A DNA stretch of 64,000 bases, taken from assembly GCA_026025075.1 (NCBI GenBank), contig JAPEUI010000070.1:1-64000 (forward strand). Direction: 5' to 3'. The DNA comes from Vezdaea acicularis. Its lineage: Eukaryota. Below, one piece after another: positions 51,501-63,696 of the stretch. The notes under the pieces are model-generated. The model was not told where the DNA came from, did no database searches, and was given only the letters and a program-made list of their open reading frames with translations. The translations under genes were made by a program, and so were the position numbers. Position 1 is the stretch's first letter. Every line of letters begins with the position of its first letter.

Positions 51501-51841
51501 CTTCGAGGAGGACATGACCTCCAGAACGTGGAAAGAAGCCCACGACATGTCGTAACCAAACATTTCCAGATATACTAGCTTCAAGAGTGCTGTAGCTTTG
51601 ACGTCTACCCGTTGTATATCAGAAGAGAATTCGCAAACCTCTGGCGTATTGCAGGCTAACCCATATCCTGGCTTCGGATTTCCACTCGGCATTCCTTTAA
51701 GCTGCTCTGAATGTATTCACGCTCATGGCCCTTGTGACTTCGAATACCTCGAATGAGGCCTTCCATCGACTTTTCGAACCTGGTGAAGATTAGGCTAGCT
51801 ATAACGGAGAGATACACGAGAATTACTTGAGAGACTTACAT
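48525..51841 (-). CDS. APL5: AP-3 adaptor complex delta subunit, 6 exons
   Basis: M|FEKSMEGLIRGIR, KATALLKLVYLEMFGYDMSWASFHVLEVMSS, NNWMAIKIIKLFATLTP, ERHKDDPFYI. Confidence 0.94.
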
Positions 51842-52067
51842 GATGAGAGCCTCCTGCACGTGTAGTATACTATGTCTGTATGCATGGTATTCCGACTGTA
51901 GAGTCTTTCGAGCTTGCCCCATGAAGCGAACTCTTGAATAGGACAGGGATTATGCGGCTTACGCGTATGGACCAACATGGCCACCGTATTGTACGGTCAT
52001 TCATGAAGCTCTCTGATGTAGTATAATCTTGAGATTTCCGTCAAGATACTCGTCCATTCAATACAAG

Positions 52068-53229
52068 ATGTCGCAAGGTTTGCTACAACCTCCCTCACAT
52101 TTGCCGCCATCTTCAGTGCTTCAACTTTCCCAGCAAGCGCCCATTTTTCTCCATAATTCATCAACAAAGCAATCATCCTCGTTAATCCCATTCCTCTCTC
52201 AATCGGAAACAGCCGAAACATGGACCATCTACGAGCATCTCCTCCTCTCCTGCCTAAGAACTCGTGATGATAAGTCCGCTCGCCTTTGTCTCAAAAGGCT
52301 TACTGAGCGGTTTGGTGCCGATAATCACCGGGTTATGGGCCTCAAGGGTATGTTACAAGAAGCTGTTGCCGAGGACAAATCTCAATTGAACCGCATTCTC
52401 GAGGAGTATTCCAGCATCCTAAAAGAAGATCCTACGAATACGGTAGGTTTTTAATCACCTTGTGACAATTGGTGCGCAGCTGGCTCATACTACTGGTAGC
52501 CTATTGCAAAGCGCCGGATAGCCCTTCTACGCTCATTATCAAGGCCGGTTGATGCCATCAGCGCATTGACGGCCCATTTAGACGCTTCTCCAACTGACGC
52601 TGAGGCATGGGCGGAACTATCTGACCTATATTACTCTCAAGGCCTCCTTACGCAATCGATCTTTAGCCTGGAGGAGGTGCTGCTTATCGTACCAAACGCA
52701 TGGAACGTGAGTTACTCTCCACCACCCACGGCGAGAGGGCGCCATCACTTATTATATTTACTAGGTCCACGCGCGATTAGGAGAGCTCTGCTTCATCAGC
52801 GCGAATTCGTCTTCAACCAATGATGGATCTTCAAGTCAACTCATGGCCGATTCCATACGGCGTTTTTGCAGAAGCATCGAGCTCTGTGATGATTATCTGC
52901 GGGGATATTATGGACTGAAGCTTGTAGGAGAACCTATTCGAGGCATGGACCACTGAACTAATAGCGCACCCTTCATCCAGGCAACTCAGAAATATCTGAC
53001 AGGCAGTTCTGGAATAGACAAGAGCTTGAGTTCTTCAAAGAAGGGGGAGGAGTCAAATCTACTTCCAATATCTGTAGCTGAGAAACTCAATGCAATGGCG
53101 ACAAAGAAGCTCTCCGAGATCGTTCGTAGGAACACTGCCGGAGAACAGGGATGGGGCGGGTATGAGAAGGCAGAGATCATTGCAGCTCGTGAGCTTCTTG
53201 ATCGTGACACCCTCGTTTCACAAGAGTAA
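52068..53229 (+). CDS. EMC2: ER membrane protein complex subunit 2 (TPR), 4 exons
   Basis: WTIYEHLLLSCLRT.DD, LTERFGADNHRVMGLKG, PIAKRRIALL, PTDAEAWAELSDLY, EEVLLIVPNAWN, SIELCDDYLRGYYGL. Confidence 0.9.
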
Positions 53230-55454
53230 GAGGATTGTAGATGTACCAGTATGGGATCCTTAGGATTACTCGATGTTTCTTGCAAAAGTATAGAGCTGCG
53301 ATATATTCTTTGGCATATTAATAGATAACGGCCGCAGATCGGACAGGGTCTCTCGTTTTACGGACTTCTGGCTGGCCATCATGTTTGAGGTCGATCGATC
53401 GTTAGTTTCATTTGACCAGGAACAAGGGATAGGAACCCTAGGCAGAGGCCCTGAGGCTCAGCATCGTGAAGCTGCCACGCAATGCAGGGACATCGGATAA
53501 AGAACAACACTGGGGTAGGGCAAGCATGCTGACAATTGAGTCGAGCGGTTGCCGTCGGGCACCACGATGGTATAAGCAAGCAGCCTTACTGATGAGTGAC
53601 GGTTCTTTGTGCCAACGCATGTGCAGCATGATGCGGTTGCCACCTCGACCAATTGTGGACTTATAATGGGTCTAGAGTAAGAAAGAGTCTCGAAAATAGT
53701 GCTAAGACATTAATTGCAATTTCCGTTGGGGGCAGTTCGCGCTCTTCCTTAGAGAGACTGATTGGAGGTGGGACGAGTGCGGCGGGTACCTCAACCGCGA
53801 CGTGGCACCCCTCGAAGCCAACGAGGGCACGCCCTGGCCTTAAGGGGAGCGCAGCAACCTACCATTCAAAGGCCTCCTGCGTCACTGCTCTGGCGCCACA
53901 GCGCGCATCGAGTACAATCCATTGAAAAGCTCGACAGCATCACTTGTGGAGGATCTCTTGGGGGCAGCCCAATAAGGCAGTGAAAGAGAAAATGAAGAGT
54001 TCTGAGTCACTCCAAAAGCCAGTCTCGACAGTCGAGAAAGAGTATAATATGCTGCGAAGTCCACGGTATCCTGTGCCTCGCAGAAGAGAATAATCCAGTG
54101 TCGTTCGATGAGCCCGTGTCCGCATCCCTAGTGACTCCGGTTTGATCTTGCTGCTGTGGTAGGCTCCGGTCTTCCCCTCGCCCAATTATCAGCATCCATA
54201 TGTCGATTTACGAGATCCATCGCCTCCATCGAATCCGCAAAGCAGTGAAGAAAAGACCCTGAGGCGGCGGCGTCATCCTGCGTCTCCCCCCTCTGTTGTT
54301 TCTGGAAGCCGATTGCCTGGCCGACTATCCACACCCGCCGTGACGTGCAAGCATCGATCCAATTGGCAGCCCATCCGTGCTCTTGCTGCCATACATATCC
54401 GACGACCCTCCAGACAGTAGTTCACCGCATCTTAGCAAGCGCTCCTGGGCCCGCTGAAAAGCTTACTGCCAAACTGTGAGTTCGAGCTTTTCCTTTCCCC
54501 AAAGTTGTTTCATCGTGTCGTCGGAGTGCTCTAGTGGGAGAAGATCGTTTCGCTGTCTTCGCTAGCTCCCGCGGGCAAAGGAGTCGGCCGTCGTCTAGTG
54601 TGACGGCCAGAGGTCATCCCTACAAACACCCCTCACATCAGACGAGAAACAGTCCTTTTCCTTCCTCGCACTCTCCGCCGCTCCCTCTGCATTCCTTCCC
54701 TCACAACGGTCGTTTGTCGCGGGCATGCCTGCGATGTACCCTCCTTTATCACGAAGCGTCTGACTTCCTACTCACGGGTCCTTACGGCTGCACTGAAGAG
54801 GGATTGAGCCCTCCTGGGCCTGGATAAGTCGCTGACCTCGAGTTGTTATTCAGGCACAGCTCGTCTCCAGATATTCAGTCAAGTCTGGCTGGCCGTCTGT
54901 CACTTCATTTAAAACCCAACGACTCCTTAACTCCACCTCTTGAAACTCACATTCCACGAACGCCATTGCCCGCATCCATTCCTGCGATCTATCGTGAGCC
55001 CCAAACGTCGGGCTCTGATCATCACTCGACTTACGCTCGGAAGCGCGAGCAGCAACGACGTGCTAGAAGAGTTACATTACGAGTAAACGCCTTCAGTGAC
55101 GACCGAAGCCGGCATCCTACAGCGTACTCTCCATAAAGACCGGAAGTCTAAACATAGTCCGGCAATACCTGAAGCGGCGCGACCCGAGCTGAGATTCTGG
55201 CACTGCGGCATTTAGACTTCTATCTGGAACCCACTTTAATAACGCGAATTATCCGTGCCGGCCTAACTGCTGGAAAATTCACAGCTCTCAGACGCTCTCG
55301 TCCCCATATAAATCAGGCTCTCGCCGAGAGATACGGTCTGTAAGGAGAAGCACGCCATTTTCAATACTTCGGTGGCCGTTGCATCACTGCGTCGACCTAT
55401 TACCCGCCTGACTTCTCTCTGGTAGAAGGTCATTGGCGAGACAAACCGCCATCA

Positions 55455-57579
55455 ATGCCGTATGTATAGTTGCCAATACCCCTGTGTTCCAAGAGAATTT
55501 GCATCTATGCCGCTCATACTCCGGATGTGAACGTTTCGTCCGAACACGGATTTGCTAACACCTCTTGCTATAGATTAAACATCACAATTGATCACGCTTC
55601 GACCGCCAACGGTTCTGATCAATCAGCATCCTTCTCCGACGAAGACAGCTCCTCTGGGACTGGCGTCCACCTCTCACCATCCGTGGAGAGTCGTGAATAT
55701 TCTGACCACTCGCTCGAAGACTGGGTAATTTACCCAGATGAGATAGGGCCGTCCGATTCCGCCTCTCGTCCTAGAAGCAACCATCAAAATCGACCCATCG
55801 TCGAAGCGCGACCTCCACCAGCCCGCCGACCACCCCCTCGCCGCTATCCACCGCAAGATAGAGGCATTCACCCCAATATTCCCCCTGGTTATCGGCACCG
55901 CCGGCCGATTCACCCTGAAATTGTGGAACCACCCAACGATTATCAGGGCTATCCCCAAGCGGGTCCGCCTCCTCATGGTCCGCCACCTGGCGCTTGGGGG
56001 GGAGGGCCCCCCGGGGGTCCTCCACCAGGCTATGCAGCAAGCTATGTCTCCAACCAATCTTATAACGCCCCCTTCCCGAGCGCCCCGCCAGCGCATACCA
56101 ACCAAGTAATACCTTACTCAAATCAGGGAGCTTTCAATTATGGCCAACAGCATCCCTTTTCACCTCCTTCGACCGCAGGTGGACAGGGTTATTTCGGAGG
56201 TCATCATGCGGTTCCACCAATGTCAAATCCTCTCTCGCCGCATGGTGGGCAGCACTATGGAGGCCATGAACTAATGGCATACCCATCGCCTGCAAGTTAC
56301 TATTATAACCAACAAGCTTATGGACCAGCGGCCTATCCGTATTACGCTGTGGTTCAATCACCTGCACCTAGCTCTACTCCTGATGCGCCTCCTGCTCCCG
56401 CCGCCGCTCCTGCTCCTCCTCCTCCACCTCCTGGCCCTTCGCCACAGGATGAGAATATTGCACGTCTCGAGAAACTAATTCTCGATCAGAAGAGGGAAGC
56501 CGACGAGAAGGAGGCTAGGGCAATGCAGGCTGCGATAGACAAAGCTGAGGCTGACAAGAAAGCTGCCGAAGACGCTGCAAGAGCTGCAGCAGAAGCGAAG
56601 AAGGCTGCCGATGACGCCGCAGCCTATGAGGCTGCAAGAGCTGATGCTGAAAAGGCCGAAGCAGACAGAAAGGCGGCCGAGGAAGCTGCAGCTAAGGCTG
56701 CAGCTGATCTGGCTGAGGCAGAAAGAATAGCAGCCGAAGCCAGGGTCCCGCCTCCACAGGGTCCTATCAAGTTCAAGGATGCAATTGGACGCAAATTTAC
56801 CTTTCCGTTTCGGCTTTGCCAAACCTGGGGAGTAAGTCCATTCCTGGTCCCCATGTTTAGATGTGGTGAGCTATACTAATGAAGCTACTTAGGGTATGGA
56901 TGACCTCATTAAGCAAGCGTTTGCTCATGTCCAAGAGATTGGTCCACATGTAGCCAAAGGCCACTATGATCTAGTTGGACCAGATGGTGAGATTATACTA
57001 CCCCAGGTCTGGGAGACGATGATCCAACCAGACTGGAGTATCACCATGAAGATGTGGCCGCTTCCAGAACCGCCCCCACCGCCTCCTCCGCCGCCGCCCG
57101 ACCTCGGCCCGCCTCCAGGGCCGCCAGGTAGTGCGGACGGGGCCTCGATCATGTACGTTGAGCCAGGTGGGCCACAACACTTTATGCACGGTCCCCCAAT
57201 GGGTATGGGTGGTCCCCCTATGGGTATGGGCGGCCCTCCTGGGCCTCCGCCTCCTCCGCCTGGCCCGCCTGGTCCGCCTGGCAGCAGTGGAGGACTACCG
57301 CCGCCGCCTCCTCCCCCCCCTGGCGTCATCATTATGCCTGAGGGTGGTCCTCCAGGTCCCCCGGGCCCCCCACCGCCGCCTGGAGAAACAATCTTCATCA
57401 ATGGCCAGCCTGTGATGATGGGCCCTCCGCCTCCAGCAGCACCCCCGAAGAAGAAAGCGCCGCAAAAAGTCCCGCCGATGCTGCGGTGGACGGCTGGTAC
57501 AAACGCTAGGCGCCAACCGTCAAAAAAAGCGGAAAAAAAACCTGACGCAGTCCAATACGACGTTTGTCGTATAATGTGA
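55455..57579 (+). CDS. Proline-rich protein with Ala/Glu/Lys coiled coil, fungal ubiquitin-like domain and C-terminal CaaX, 3 coding exons
   Basis: ATG CC|intron; PIKFKDAIGRKFTFPFRLCQTW|GMDDLIKQAF..HYDLVGPDGEIILPQVWETMIQPDWSITMKMWP; ends YDVCRIM*. Confidence 0.85.
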
Positions 57580-58716
57580 GGGACGACCTCGAGGCTTAGC
57601 TCGATGTGTTTGGAGAAGAAAGATAGTGGTGAGCTGAAATTGCTACGAGCGACGATGGTACGAGAAGTGGGAAGTCCGGATCTTAATCTAATCGGCAAAA
57701 AAGAAGTTTCAACTCTCTGGTGGCTTCGTAGATTCTGTCAATAACTCTTGGGCGGGCTTGTCATTTCGTCATCTGCATTCTCTTAACATATTTCCTCTCT
57801 CTCTTCATCTCTCTTTTCCTTTCCTTGACCTATGCTTCGAGGTCCTCACATGGACTGTTTCAGGGGGCATGGTTTTTCTCTCGGCAACGCCCGGGTTGTT
57901 TTTTCATGCCCCAACGGGGATGGTGGTGGTGGTAGATGACTGAGGCAGCGGTTTCCTTTTATTTCGGGCATTTTTGCTTTCTCTCGGCGTTTGCGGGCCA
58001 AAATATTCCCCTCCCCCTTGATTTTATTTGCTATTCGGATAGAACAGGCGCGATCTGGTGCGGGGAGGGGCCTCTCGGTCGAGCAAGGCTGGCTCTTGCT
58101 AAACTGTGAGGGATGATGGGAGATGACCTTGCACCAGCGATGATTTTTCAGCGTGCTTTCCCCTGCTTGATTGATTGCTTTGAGGGCGGCTTGATGCACA
58201 CAAAATTTAGAAAAGCACCTCTTAATTCTAAAATTGTTTGAGAGCTCAATAGCTAGCTATTTGACATAGAAAGGGCTTGAACGAGACCAGTGTTCTCTTG
58301 TTATTGTTTGTGAGCCAAAAGGCGTAGCCTTGTCGTGGAGATGGCGTCAAGATTCTCCTTGCACGCAAAACGTAGGATACACCTAAAATGCACCGCGCGA
58401 TCTCAAGCCTCAGAGAAACAAGACACTGACACAGGTGAACAATTGGCGTATCGTAGTCTGAACTCTTCAACCATGAAGTCAATTCCATACACCAGTTTTC
58501 CGCCAATCGCACGCGAGATCTCACCTTCCCGAACCCTGCTACGTCAGACATCGATGACCCTTGCATCAACCATGCACTCACCCGCCAACTAGCGAAACCC
58601 TCAACCTTACATCTTCCTCCCCACTACCACCACCAGCAGCACCAACAAAACCTCCACCAAAACCCACCAAGCCCGCCCCACGAAAAACAACCCAACCCTC
58701 CACCCTCAGCAACGGC

Positions 58717-59322
58717 ATGTGTCTCGTCCGCCGCGACGCCATTGAAGAGATCGACGTGCCCAACCGCCGCATCATCGAGCAGCGAAGCCGGCGCAACTCC
58801 ACCACCGTCCGCGAACGCTCCTCCTTCCGCGAGCGGGAGCGCTCCCGCTCCCGCTCCCGCGAGTCCCGGAATACCCGCCGCTCCTCTCCTCCGCGGTTCA
58901 TGCCTGCCCCGGCGCCAATGCCGATGTACGCCCCGCTACCCCCGGCGGCGGCGGCGCCGACGAGTCCGCGACGGTCGGGCGTGGCGATCGTGACGGTGCA
59001 GCCGAGTCCGCCGGCGAGTCCGAGGGCGAGTGGGAGGGAATTGGTGGTGCGGACAAGGGAGAGGGAGTATGTAAGGCGGGAGAGTCCGGAGAGGAGTTAT
59101 CGCTATGTGGAGCCGAGAGGGGAGCCGAGGGGGGATCGGCGAAGTTCGCTGGCGATTTCGATTGAGGAGGGGGGCGGTAGGAGGGAGAGGGATTATGGGG
59201 GGAGGAGTGGGAGTGTGACCTATGCTGTTAATCCGAGGGCGAGTACGGCGAGTCATAGGAGCGCGAGGGAGAGGATTGTCGTGTCAGATTATGATGGGAG
59301 GAGGAGGGAGTATTACAAGTAG
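58717..59322 (+). CDS. Small Arg/Ser/Glu-rich uncharacterised protein
   Basis: Intronless ORF from ATG 58717: MCLVRRD..RERERSRSRSRE..ERIVVSDYDGRRREYYK*. C/A-rich leader upstream. Confidence 0.75.
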   Translation: MCLVRRDAIEEIDVPNRRIIEQRSRRNSTTVRERSSFRERERSRSRSRESRNTRRSSPPRFMPAPAPMPMYAPLPPAAAAPTSPRRSGVAIVTVQPSPPASPRASGRELVVRTREREYVRRESPERSYRYVEPRGEPRGDRRSSLAISIEEGGGRRERDYGGRSGSVTYAVNPRASTASHRSARERIVVSDYDGRRREYYK

Positions 59323-59580
59323 ATTTCACGGTTGGAGGGGTTTGGACGTAGAATGAAGAATCGAGGGGCTGAATACCTTGGGGTAGGGGGGGTAGAGAAA
59401 GGGGTGGGGAGGTAATATTCACTGGGAAGTTCGCGAGCATGTGGTCTTTAACATCAACCAGGATATATTAGTGTCCTATATTTTGGATCTGCGTTCGAGT
59501 CATGGGGGGGGGAGCTTTTCTAGACTAGAACGCCGTCGCTATGCATTAATGCTCTTCGCTACTACCTCTTTGAGCCATGA

Positions 59581-62500
59581 TCATTGAGGTCGAAGCGGTT
59601 TCCATGACGCCATGGAGTTAGCCTCATCTCCTTCATCCATCAAAGTCGTTCGACCATAATCGTTTGGCTCTTGCCTCCTCGGCCCTGAAGGTATATTATG
59701 GTCTTGATACGCCTGTTGGGATGGTTGTCGTGGGGGCGATGGAAAGTTGTTCTGGTCTGGTAATGAAACCGGTCCGCCGGAACCTGGTACTGATCCTACT
59801 GTTCCTCTCGATTGCCTCATCGTACTAGAGCCTCCATTCGCTGTGGAGCGCCCACTTTGCTGTGGACTTAAGACATCCGGCTTCTTAGGGACTGGTGGGG
59901 CAGCCTTTTTGCTTGATAAGGTGGATGATGATTGGCGTCGTCCGTCAGCGGTCGTTGGTTGCGAGCCGAGAGATGAAGTGGAGTTGCCAATCGTCTCAAG
60001 CGGTGGTGGCAGCCTCCGAGCCTTGACGCTTCCGGTCGATGATGCTGTAGTGCTCAACGTGTTCGTGGTTGAGTCCCTACTCATGGCTGGGCGCAAGGGA
60101 CGGTCAACATATACCCAGTCCGGTTCGTTGGTTTCAGTGAAGGGGTTCGATGGCCTGTTCGGGTTGAGGACGTAATCTTTCCCTGGACGGGAGATGCTAG
60201 ACTGTGCAGGAGCCCCTAGTTCAACATTAGATGGGGTTGGTGATCATAGAGATTATGTTAATACGAACCGTTGTCTAGCCACCATTTACGGCGATCTGAG
60301 CTTGCAGGAGGCAGATCTGGATTGATTGAGTCATACCCAATCAAGTCTTCGTCGTCGGTGTCATCTGCATGTGTGTTGGCTGTGCTGTCTCCAACTTCAA
60401 TTCGGCGACGCTCGTAAATTTCGCGACTCAACTGCTCTTTCATCGCCTCATCAACGATAGTTATTATGCATTGGAAAGTGGCGTAGACGGGGCGATGGTC
60501 AGAGAACCGAAGAGCAGCTGTACCGTAATCAAGCTGTCGTAAGTTGGCGCCTTTCCTAAGAACACGATCGGTCCAGGCTGGAATGCGAGATTTCTCTCTG
60601 TAGAAGGTTAGAGATGTTAGAGGACGCGCCTTTGGAAGACTCACGATGTGTCATATCTGTCTGTCCCAATATCATATTTGTAGGTCGGTGGGAAAGTGAT
60701 ACGAGATTCGGCATAGTGTGGAAAAGTCATGCCAGCAACCATCTGGATGTTTAACTGTGCGATGTTAGGTAGGACTGCTTGGGGTGTGCTTGAGGATAAC
60801 CTACTTGATCATTTTCATACAGCCAGCCAAGATCGCCTACACTAATGGCTTTGCGGACCTTCTCGTCGCCAAGTCCTATTCTGTAGTTAAAGTCTCCAAG
60901 CCATATGACTGTATCGTGGTCTTCTATGGATCTATCCCTTTGGAACCGTAACCCATGATTTATGGTTTTATAGTCACGGTTCCGTTCTTCGTAGTTCGCA
61001 AATCCGGCCGCTAAATGAGCGGTCACAAAGCAGATTTGAGTTTTGGCGTAGTCCATTCTGATTGCTACAGCGCCCTTGTTGCCTGCCATTCCGGACATAC
61101 CGGTCTTTATATTCAGCAAAGTGCCACAAAAGCTAGTTCAGAAAACTCACTTTTTTGACACTACCCTCGACGTTCTTGATGTGCGGCAATACACTAACTT
61201 TCACAAATATCGAAAGTGCTGCACCCACTAGCTGGCCGCTTCTTAAAAGTACATATTCTTCAGCTCCAAGTTTATGGGCTCTTTTGTTCAATGTCCTCTT
61301 CACTACCGCTTCCCACCTCTGGCGTCTTGCAGGGTCTGTAGACATTATTTGTTGGGGACTCAGTTCTACGATTTCTTGAAACCCAACAGCAACAACTTCT
61401 GGTTCTTCTTGAGGCTGTAGGGTATCAGGACAAAGCCAAGGGCTCAGGTCTTCATCTAGTCCTGTTGTGCGCCCGTTGAGGTTGAGAGTGCCGGCCCAAA
61501 TTCTGATTGTCTTCGAAGACGTGTATTCTTGCGATCTTGAAATGATTAGTTCATGGACTTTCAAATTGGGGGTACATCTCACCTCTTATTCAGTTCTGAA
61601 GTCATGTAATCATTGATGGGGTCATATAGATGGACAGAATTTTGGCCGACGATGCGGCCCTAGAATAAATTAGCATTTTAGGGTTCAAGAAGCGCTGACA
61701 GAGCGTAACCATACTAAAAGTATATCTATAGTCTCCTGACGGGCCTTGTCCGCGAAATTGTTGATATACAACCGTGTGGCGCTTTTCCGAACGTCTGCAA
61801 TAGCTCCCGCAAGAGACATCTTCCCGTGTCTTGTAAACGAGCTCTTGAGGGCTCCCGTGCCGGCATAAATCTTTGAGAGATTCTATCGCAATCGACATTA
61901 GCGTGAGTTCAGGGGTTATAAGTTACTACTTTGGGCCGCATACATCGCCATTGTCTGCCCACAAGCTCGAATGTCTCATCCAGAAGTCAGGACTAGCTCG
62001 CTCATCACGAGAGTTTAGAAAAGACTCTATTGCCATCTGGCTCACAATCGTTTGGATCAGGTTGGTGCGATCTAAGCAGTCCAAACAGTTTGTGCGGAAT
62101 ACTCCACCCTGTTGCAGTACCACGATAGGTCGTGTTTGCACACTCCTTTCTCCAGCATGAGAAGGAATCTGTTCTTCAATTTCTTCCGACAAATAATATG
62201 CGAACCCTTCAGCAGAGCCCCTAATTAAGCGTCTTATTCCGCCTGCAGCCTCATAGCCAGCCGGTCCTCTAGTCTCCGCGTGGAAATCGTACTCTGTTTC
62301 TCGCAACTGACTGTGGTCAGACATGGCGCCCTTTTCAGCTCCAATTGAAAGCGGGCTATGACGTATGTGAAATCGATACCGCCTCGTTAGTTCCGCTTCC
62401 CCTGGCCTTGATTCACTCAGCAGATTCAGGACATGCGTGGACCCATAGTTGACCTCGAGCCCTTCGAAATGCTTATCGAAAGCTGGCTGGGTGGCTTCTT

Positions 62501-63696
62501 GTGACCTGGTTATCTGGATCTTTTGCTGCCCAGGAAGGAGGTTGGTAGCCTGCTCCCAAAACACCGGGACGGAGCCTCGTATCTGCACATACGAGAAGCA
62601 CAACCCGCCCGGAGTCCAGAAAACCGTCTCAGTTTCCACAAAATTAGCAACGTTTCCATCATCGTCAATGCCTCGAGCATTGAATCGAGTACCAGCACGA
62701 CGACATGAGAGCCGCGATATTAGAGTCAGAGTAGAAGGCAAGCCTGACCGCAAAGTCCGAGCAGGGCTTGAGGATTGAGGAATGGTTGAAGTGAGCACGA
62801 AACCTCGTATAACAGATGTCAAAATGTAAGAAGAGTCCAGAGCTTCCCGTTCTAGTCCATTCAGACGTGAACGGAACTTCACAAGAGGCTCTATCATATA
62901 AGAGTTCCACAAATAGTCATCATCAAGGTTGTCAGCATCGAACGTCGACGAATCTAGTGACCTGTGAGGAAGTTAGCCTTAGTTATCAACTCAAATTGCT
63001 AAGCACGATCATACATACCTTCGCTGTAACCTGTTCGTTATGTCAAAATCGGAACTAAAATAAAAGCTGCCCCCACTAAGAAGCTTTCTTAGGGCAAGGC
63101 AGGGATGCTCAAGGGCCGGGTCACGTAAGTGACCGTCATTCCCGTAATCTGAGCCATCTTGATAGTAGTCATCAGATGAATGGGCATTCAGATCATCGTG
63201 AGCAGAATGATCAAAGTTTTTCCTATTCAAGCAATCTGTATTTTTAAGACAATCAGTATTTAATACGAGCCCCTAAAGCTATGGCAAGGGGCAGGGTTTA
63301 AAAGATGAATTCATTCATACAAAATTCGACGCCATGTATTCTCTTCACAGTTTCTCGTGGCCTGACAGTAGCCACTTGCAAGGCGCCTGTGACCACACAC
63401 AGGAAAACATCGTTTGCTGTAGTGATAAGACCCAGGGTTCCGTGTGCTGGCAACGGTGTCAAGGATCGATAGTCCGTAAGATCGATAGATGAAGATTCCA
63501 AAAACTCGACCATGCACCGGGGGGGGATGGCACCGGTAGGAGGAGGCTGGAATTGTAGCGACTGAAAAGATCCGACAGAGCTGTTTGCAGATAATTCAAT
63601 ACTAGAAGGACTGTAGCGGAAGATCAAGGCATGCGAGTCGGTCACAAGCGCTATAGCCCTATGTGGACTCTCACGAAGAAGAACTCGAACAGACAT
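59581..63696 (-). CDS. Synaptojanin-like polyphosphoinositide phosphatase (Sac1 + 5-phosphatase + Pro-rich tail; Inp52/Inp53-like), about 10 exons
   Basis: RAGTRFNARGIDDDGNVANFVETE, RTNCLDCLDRTN, GNKGAVAIR, IWLGDFNYRI, PPTYKY, PAWTDRVL, SDHRPV. Confidence 0.94.

Noticed and set aside
55160..55240. TPP riboswitch (CTGAGA word) in the long leader
   Set aside because: The rest of the aptamer consensus is absent and the gene is unrelated to thiamine.
58561..58716. Non-AUG N-terminal extension of the Arg/Ser-rich protein (also the GTG-started extension of RSM23 at 12724)
   Set aside because: C/A-rich leaders lack stops by composition, and there is no positive evidence of translation.
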